A DNA stretch of 64,000 nt from a virus: IMG/VR virus record IMGVR_UViG_3300042892_002174, positions 4,331 through 68,330 of that record. One strand, written 5' to 3'. Positions 19,701 through 28,700 of this stretch are shown here, in pieces. Under the pieces are notes generated by a model, which worked only from the letters and a program-made list of their open reading frames with translations, ran no database searches and was not told where the DNA came from. Each line of letters begins with the position of its first letter. The first letter of the stretch is position 1. The translations under genes and the position numbers were made by a program.

Positions 19701-22700
19701 GCAGTACAATCAGACACAGTAACACTGGTACCTAGTGTGAAGATTTTTGTAGGATCAATTTTTCAAGATCCAGGCACATACACAGTATCTACTACAGCCA
19801 ATACCACAACCATTACCTTTAATACTGCACATGTGGTAGGAGATGTTGTTGAAGTTGAAGCACTAAGCGATCAAGTTAGTCGGGCAGCGTTTTATCAAGT
19901 TCCGTTAAATCTCAATAACAATCCATTAAATGCCAACAGCCCAAGTTTTACATTGGGTACCTTGCGTACTCATTATCAAAGTATCTGCCAAAATTTAACC
20001 ACATTCTCTGGCGCAATCAATGGTGCTAACAACACTAGAGATCTTGGTGATATCATACCTTATGGTCAGATAATCTTACAACAAAGTTCGCCACTGACTC
20101 TTGCTGGATACTTTATGAGATCTCAGCAGTATAATATTTTTGGTGCATTAGAATACAACAGCAGAGAATATCAAAAGTACAAAAATCAAATGCTAGAAGC
20201 AGTGACTAGACAGACTATTCAATACGAAACTGCATCACAAATTCTTGACATAGTTATTACTGATATTACTTTGGGCCGCACATCAAGTAATCCATTCTAT
20301 TGGAGTGACATGCTACCGGCTACTGCTGTGTTTACAAATACAACCTATACAGTAAGTTATACAACCAGCCAAGTGTTCGATACTGTGCAAATTTATAACT
20401 ACACGTCAGCCAACTATCTTGGTATGAATGTGTATGTAAATGACGCAATTTTAACTAGAGACTTAGAATACACCGTGGCTACCGATGGTCCGCGCATTAA
20501 CATTTTGATTGATTTGGTCATTGGTGATAAAATCGTCATTCAAGAATACAGTGCTACCTATGGTACCTATGTGCCCAATACACCCAGCAAGATGGGATTG
20601 TATCCTGCATGGCGCCCGGCTATTATTCCAGTTAAGACCAGTTCGGGTGAGCAACTGGTTATATTAGGGCATGATGGCAGCCAAACTCCTATTTTTGGTG
20701 ATATTCGTGACGAAGTACTGTTGGAATTTGAAACTAGAATTTATAACAATCTCAAGTTAGACAACAACCCTGTGCCTCTTGATCTAGTGGATGCAATACC
20801 AGGACAGTTTAGAGACACTGGATATAGCTTTACTGAAATCAATACCATACTTGAAACAAGTTTCTTGACGTATGTGGGATGGAACAAGTTGGATTACACT
20901 GCACAAAATTACAGTGTCAACAATCCGTTTACCTACAACTATAGTTCTGCAACCAACAAACTCAACGGAGATGCTCTACTGGGTGCATGGCGTGGTATCA
21001 ACCGTTACTTCTACGATACTCAACAACCAGAACTGACTCCTTGGGAGATGTTGGGATTTTCAGTCATACCTGAGTGGTGGGAAATCACATACGGTCCTGC
21101 GCCATACACATCAGACAACATGAATTTGTGGGATGATTTAGAACTTGGTCTTGTGAGAGATCCAGTAGGCGCATACATATTGCCAGCCTATGCAAGACCT
21201 GGACTGACTTCTGTACTGCCAACTGATGCCGCTGGTGCATTGCTGCCACCAATAGATTCAGTGGTGGGCGGATACAATGCACAAGCATTCCAAAAGAGCT
21301 GGACCCCCGGCGATGGCGGCCCAGTAGAAGCTTCGTGGTGGAATTCCAGTGACTATCCATTTGCTGCCATGCGCCTGCTGGCACTCACTCGCCCGGCAAA
21401 ATTCTTTGCGTTGTTTGCTGATAGAGACTTGTACAAATACAGTACAGAATTTGATCAGTACTTGTATAATGGTCGTTACAGACTAGATGCCAACGGCGTG
21501 CAGGTGTATGGCGACGGCACTAGTAAAGCCAGTTACATCAACTGGATTGTGGATTACAATCGCATCACAGGTACCAATAGCACTGTGGCATTAGAAACAG
21601 ATTTGCAAAACCTTGACGTGCGACTGTGCTATAGAATGGCTTCGTTCTCTGACAAACAGTATTTGAAAATTTATACTGAAAAGTCCAGCCCCAATTCAAC
21701 CAACGCTTCTTTGCAAATTCCGCCAGAGAGTTATCAACTGTTGGTATACAAGAATCAACCATTTGACAGATTGATCTACAGTTCAGTTGTGATTCAAGTT
21801 GTGGATGGCGGATGGGCTGTGTTTGGATATAGCACTGCTAGACCATATTTTAACACATTTACCAGCATTCCAGTTGGACAATTTGAAACATACAGTGTGG
21901 CCGGCAAGACTATTCAGGTGCCTGCAAACTACACACAAAATATCACACAGATCCCATACGGATTTGTGTTTGCTACCGAATCGGCTGTGGCCAACTTCTT
22001 ATTGAGTTATGGAAAGTTTTTAGAATCACAAGGTTTTGAATTTAACAATCAAACCAACGGCTACTTGATGACCTGGTCACAGATGGTGTACGAGTTCATG
22101 TATTGGAGTCAGCAGGGCTGGGGCACTGGCAGTTTGATTAATCTAAATCCATTGGCACAGGGACTTTCGGTATTCAAAGAGCAAGCAGTTGTGGATACCA
22201 TTTCATCACAAACTGCGGAAAATGTTATCCTAGATCAAAATCGCAAAGATTTTCCCACACGTGATCTCAACATTGTGCGAGCTGATAATACCTTTACTGT
22301 TCAACCATTAACCAATCAAAGTTTAAGTTTCATTGACATGCGTTACACCAGCTTTGAAAGTATGATTGTGTTGGACAACGCCAGCCTGTTTGGCGATTTG
22401 ATTTTTAATCCCATTACAGGATCTAGACAAAGTAGATTGTACATCAATGGAACTACCACTACAGAATGGGACGGTAGCGTTAATGCACCAGGTTTTATAT
22501 TAAATCAAAACAATATCTCAAATTGGACCGGCCTAAAAACTTATGCCAAAGGCGAGATAGTAAAATACAAAGGTGCATACTGGAGCGCAGCCACAATTGT
22601 ACAACCTAGCACCAAGTTCAATTATAATGATTGGAATCAAAGTGACTACACATTTATTGAACAAGGGCTGTTGGCCAACTTGGCAAACAAAGCTGACCAA

Positions 22701-25700
22701 CTCAGCAACAGCTACAACATTAATTCTGCCAATTTAATTGCTGACAATGATTTGTTGAGTTATGGATTGATTGGCTTTAGACCAAGACAATATATGGCTG
22801 CGCTTAATCTTGATGATGTCAGTCAGCTTAACATTTACAGAGAGTTTCTTGGAACCAAAGGAACTAAAAACAGCACTGATTTATTTGGCCAAGCCAAATT
22901 CAACAAAGAAGCTGCTGACTACAAAATTTACGAAAACTGGGCAATCCAACGCGGAGTATATGGTGCCAATGCCAATCGAAGTTTCTTTGATTTGCGATTG
23001 AATCGCGCATTGTTATCTAGCAATCCTAGTTTGGTACAAGTGGTAGTGCCAGGCGAGTCAAGCACTGCTGATCAACAAATTTTACTTCAAGATGTGTGGA
23101 AAAATAGTTTTCCATTGACCACTACTGAACTGTTGCCAACTACAACTACATTACCAACAGACATTTCTTTACCATCAGCAGGATATGTCAATATTGATGA
23201 TGTTGATATCACTGTGTTTGATTTATCTAATCCAGAAAGCCTTAGCGCCAATATTAATTCTATCATAGATGGAACCAGTGTTTGGGTTGCTAAAGTAAAC
23301 AATTATGATTGGAACATCTATCGTGCAGAATCTGTACCTGGTGCAATTCAACACGTTTGCGACAACCTCAATGGGACCAGTAGAGTTATATTCAGCGGAC
23401 AACATGGATTAACCACTGGTGATAACTTGATCATACGATTCTTTGATACCGAAGTTGATGGCGTTTATAAAATATTAAGTGTACCAAACCTGACCACAGT
23501 AAATGTTGCATTGGATCTTGAAGGCGATCGCACCGTGGTTGACGGAACAGGCATAGGCTTTACTTTAAAAACCATGCGGGTGGACCAAGCTAGTGACATA
23601 TTAAATTTGCCGTACGCTCAACAAATATTGCCAGGTGCAAAAGTTTGGGTAGATCACAATGGTCAAGGACTGTGGGCAGTATTGGAAAAACAAAATCCAT
23701 TTACAGATCGGTTGATACTAGCACCGGTATTACTTGATGCCACAGAACAATATGGAGCATCTGTAGCACAGGCCACAAACCGAGCAGCACTATTTGTGGG
23801 TAGTCCACGTTATGGTTTTGGTTCAGGTACTACCAAAGGTGCTGTCTATCTGTATGTAAAAAATTATAGTGATCAATACATACCAATCAGTCCTATCAGT
23901 GATCAAGACACTGTTCTTACATTGGATACCACAGGATTGCGTGGGTACGGTAATGCTGTGGATGCTGGTGCTCAAACATTTGCAATTGCTGGAGCAAGTG
24001 CCAGCCTTGGTCCAGGCGCACAAGCTGACAATGGTTATGCTGTAGTTCTGTGGCGAGATCCAACTGCAGGCGCAGTTAATACCAGTCCTTGGACACAATC
24101 ACAGTTGTTGACATTGCCAGGTACTACCACTACTACGACCCCAGGGGCTGGAGAATTTGGATATAGTGTGGCCATGAGTCTTGACGAACGTTGGTTGTAT
24201 ATTGGCGCTCCTGGACTAAACACAGTTTATGCATACGGCCAGGTACAATGGGACAATCAATTTTTACAATACAGAGCCGATGGCAGTAGCAACACAGCCG
24301 ACATCAGCAACAGTATACAAATTAACAATGCCAATCAAATAACTGTAACAAAAAACGGTGCGTTGTTAACTCTCACAACAGATTACACGGTCAATGCCAG
24401 TTTTACCACAGTGACATTTACCACAATACCTACTGCTGGTAGTGTTATTAATATTACCAGAAACTTTTTTAAATCATTTGTTGCCAGCGGTGCAACATAT
24501 TCATTGTCACAGTACTTGTTTACAGTAGACAACATTTACTCGTTCTCAGTCACTGTCGACGGTGTGTTACAACGTCCTAGCATTGACTACACATACTCTG
24601 CTGGCACACTAACATTCTATAATGTACCCAGTGGCGGTGCGGACATTGGTGTGACATCACAATATTATTATGAACTTGCTGGAACAATCACCCCGTCGGT
24701 GGCAGTTATAGCTGGTGCAAGATTTGGTACCAGCGTTCAGTGCAGCACAGATGGGCGTCAAGTCATAATTGGATGTTCTAATGACACAGTCAACACATTA
24801 GTTGAAGCTGGTTCAGTATACGTGGTTGACAGAAACGTACAAAAATTCATTCGCCAGGATGACAGTTCTAACACTTACACTGTGTTAGGAACAGTGTCAG
24901 CTCCGGTTAGTGTGTTAGTCAACAATGCATTCTTAACCAATCAAACAGACAGTATTGTTGGCGCCGACAACACATTCTCAGTGTCAGGTAATAACATTAC
25001 CATCAACAAAGATTTGTTTGTGGGCGATGTAATTGAAATTGAAATCAATCAGTTTGTTCAACAGCAATTGATCACAGAAAACACAGTAGCTGAATACACC
25101 AACTATGGTCAAAGTTTAGACCTGTGTCCATACAACTGTAGTTTGTATGTGGGTGCGCCGCAAGATTCCAGCATAGTATGGAAAGGTGGCGTGGTTGAAC
25201 GCAGTGTGAATCAGGCCAGAAGTTATGGTACAATTTCTTCTACCATTGCCAATCCTAGCCTAACTGCTGGACAAACTTTGCGAGTAAACAATGTTGACAT
25301 TGCAGTTCCGGCCAGTCCAAACAACACGATTGCAGGCCTTGCTGCTGCTATCAATGGTGGCGAAGCCGGCACAAATACAGGTGCCCCTAATGCCACCGCA
25401 GTAGTTTCCACTGATGGATATTTGACTATTTTTGTAACCAATACTGATGCTGCTCTCGAAGGCAACAAATTACAAGTGGCACCAGGTTCTGTTGGTACAG
25501 TGTTCTCTGCGCTTGGCTTTAGTACATTTGTATACACACAAACTATTGCCAGCCCACGCCCAACAGAGTTTGCACAATTTGGTTATTCTGTAGCTGTAGA
25601 TGACACTGCCATAAATCTTGTGGTTGGATCACCTAAAGGCACATTGTATTCGCCAATGGTGTTTGATTACGACACCACAACAGCAAAACCTAGCACCACG

Positions 25701-28700
25701 TTTGATGGCAACTCTACTTCTTTCTTTAGTACTGTGGTAATGGTGCTGATAAACGGTTCTTATGTTACACGATCATTGGTCCAATCAGGTGCAGTATATA
25801 CATATGACTATTTGCCCAGCAACAGTCTCAGCGTGGCCAATCCAGGTAAATTTGTATTCGGGCAACAAGTCGAAACTGATGCAGTAAGTTACTTAGATCA
25901 ATATGGTTATGCAGTAAGTTACAATTCTGGAGTGCTTGTTGCCACAGCACCAGGCGAAGATTTTGAAGACAGTACACTTGGTAATTTTGGCGCTGCCTAT
26001 ATATTTGAAAATTCCTCAAGACGTCTTGCATGGCAACCAATTGCTATTCAACAACCGGTGGTTGACATACGACTGTTGACCAGTGTGTACATGTATGATA
26101 GAATTTCTTCTGCCAAGAGCCAATTCTTTGATTTCTTTGATCCATTGCAAGGAAAAGTATTAGGCGCTGCTCAAGAAAACATAGATTTTATCAGTGCAAT
26201 TGATCCTGCTGCTTATAACGTTGGTCCAGTAAACAATCGTGGCGACACTTGGAGCACTTCACACGTTGGAGAAGTTTGGTGGGATATCAGCACTGTAAGA
26301 TTCATTGATCCCAACCAAGACAATCCAACTTACGCCAGCCGTCGTTGGGGACAGGTGTTCCCGGGCAGTAGAGTTGACGTTTATCAATGGATCTCAAGTT
26401 CAGTGCCACCTGGAAGCTATACAGGGGCTGGCACACCATACAGTGTCAATAGTTACGTGGTAAGTAGTCGATTAAATCAATCTGGAACTTTTGTAACTGA
26501 GTATTATTTCTGGGTGCAAGGACTAACTGTAACTGCATCTCAATTGGGTAAAACTCTTAGCATTGCCACCGTGGCTTCGTACATTCAAGAGCCCAAAGCA
26601 AGCGGCATCAGTTACATTGCTCCAATTAATTCCAGTACCATTGCAATCTACAATGGGTTAGATTATATTGCAGCCGCAGACACTATTATCAGTGTGGAGT
26701 TTGATCAATCGCTCACAGATGCCAATGTTCACACCGAGTATGAGTTAATTGCACAAGGTCAACCAGATGCTTTCTTGAGTGATAATTTATATCGCAAGCT
26801 ACAAGACAGTTTATGTGGAGTAGACACATTTGGTAATCAAGTACCTGATATAAGTCTTAATTATGCTCAGCGTTATGGCGTGCAATTTCGACCGCGTCAA
26901 AGTATGTTTGTGGATCGATTTCTTGCGCTAAAAAATTATATCCAACGTGCTAATGCTGTGTTTGCACTATATCCTATTACAGAAAGCAGAAGTTTTACAC
27001 TGTTAAACAGTGCAGAACCAGAACCAGAATCGGTTGAGTTGGTTAATGCTGGCGAGTTTTCTGTAGGACAAACATACACAATCAACACTCTTGGGTCAAC
27101 TAATTTTACTTTGATTGGGGCATCCAGCAACACAGTGGGTGTGGTGTTTGTTGCCACAGGAAACGGCTCTGGCACTGGTGTAGCATCATACACAAATTGG
27201 AACATGCGTGTGGCCAATTTGGAAATTTTGGGGTTCCAAAATATCGACGCTGTGCCATTGGGATACAAATATCTTGTGGTCACCAATGAATTGAATCGTG
27301 GACTATGGACCATCAATGAAGTGCAGGACACTAATGTTTTGCCAATAGTGAGAAAACTGGTATTGGCTCGTGTACAAAATTATGACACACGGCAATATTG
27401 GAGTTATATCAATTGGTACAAGCCAGGGTACAATCCCAGTTCGCCTATTACAACGCAGGTGCCAAACTATGCTACATTGGCTACATTGACTGTGCCTATT
27501 GGATCAAGTGTTAGGGTAACTGCCAATGCACAAGGCAAATTTGAAATTTACTTGCGCACAGATACAGGGTGGGATCGTGTGGCGCTTGAAGATGGCACCA
27601 TTGAAATTTCTGCTGAAATTTATAATTATGCCTTGGGCAAATTTGGATTTGACGTTGAGGTTTTTGATGCACAATACTTTGACCAGGAACCAATAATTGA
27701 AACTCGCAAAATTATACAAGCTATCAATGAAGAATTGTTTGTTGATGAGCTAAAGATTGAACGAAACAAATCGCTTACACTGATGTTTAACTTTATCCTA
27801 AGCGAACTACTGGCTCCAGAATGGTTGATTAAGACCAGCCTGATTGATGTGCAACATAAAGTTAGAGATTTAGTACCGTATCAAAATTACATTCGCGACA
27901 ATCAAGATTTTGTGAGTGATTATCTTCAAGAAGTTAAACCATATCACGTGCAAGTTCGAGAGTTCAATTTGACATATGACGGCGCAGATGATTATCTAGG
28001 CAGTGTCAACGACTTTGATTTGCCAGCATACTACAACACAAATTTGACCATACCTGAATATATAAGTCCAATTTTGTTACCATATCAGCATGCTACTGCC
28101 CAAGCGTTTAACACACTTAGTGACACTGCTTCTAATGCTACACTTTGGGCAGATTGGCCATATAGTCAATGGTTTAACAATTATTTGTTACATGTAGACT
28201 CTATTACCGTGACCAACCCGGGCACAGGATATACCATTGCGCCCACAATAACAATTGTGCCAGCAGATGGTGACACTGGTTCCGGCGCAGTGGCTACCGC
28301 AGTTGTTAATTCATTGGGTAACATTGTATCCATAACATTGATCAATTCAGGCGAGGGCTACCGATCAACTCCGACTGTGATGTTTACTGGTGGTAATGGA
28401 ACAGGTGTTGCAGCTTATCCTGTGATGACCAACGGACTTGTGCGCAGTTTCCGTACTGTTATCAAATACGATCGTTATCAATATCAAACATCTGTGCTGA
28501 CGTGGAGTGCAGATGGCACATACGAAAATGGTACTTTGGTTCGTTATGACAATCGTGTGTGGCAAGCCAACAGCGCCGATGGCAGCAGTGCTGTAATTGG
28601 TCCAACATTTAATCTCGAAGACTGGATTGAAATTGATGCAGCCACACTAAGTGGTGTAAACCGTACCATGGGATTTTATGTGCCAGGAGTTAACGAACTT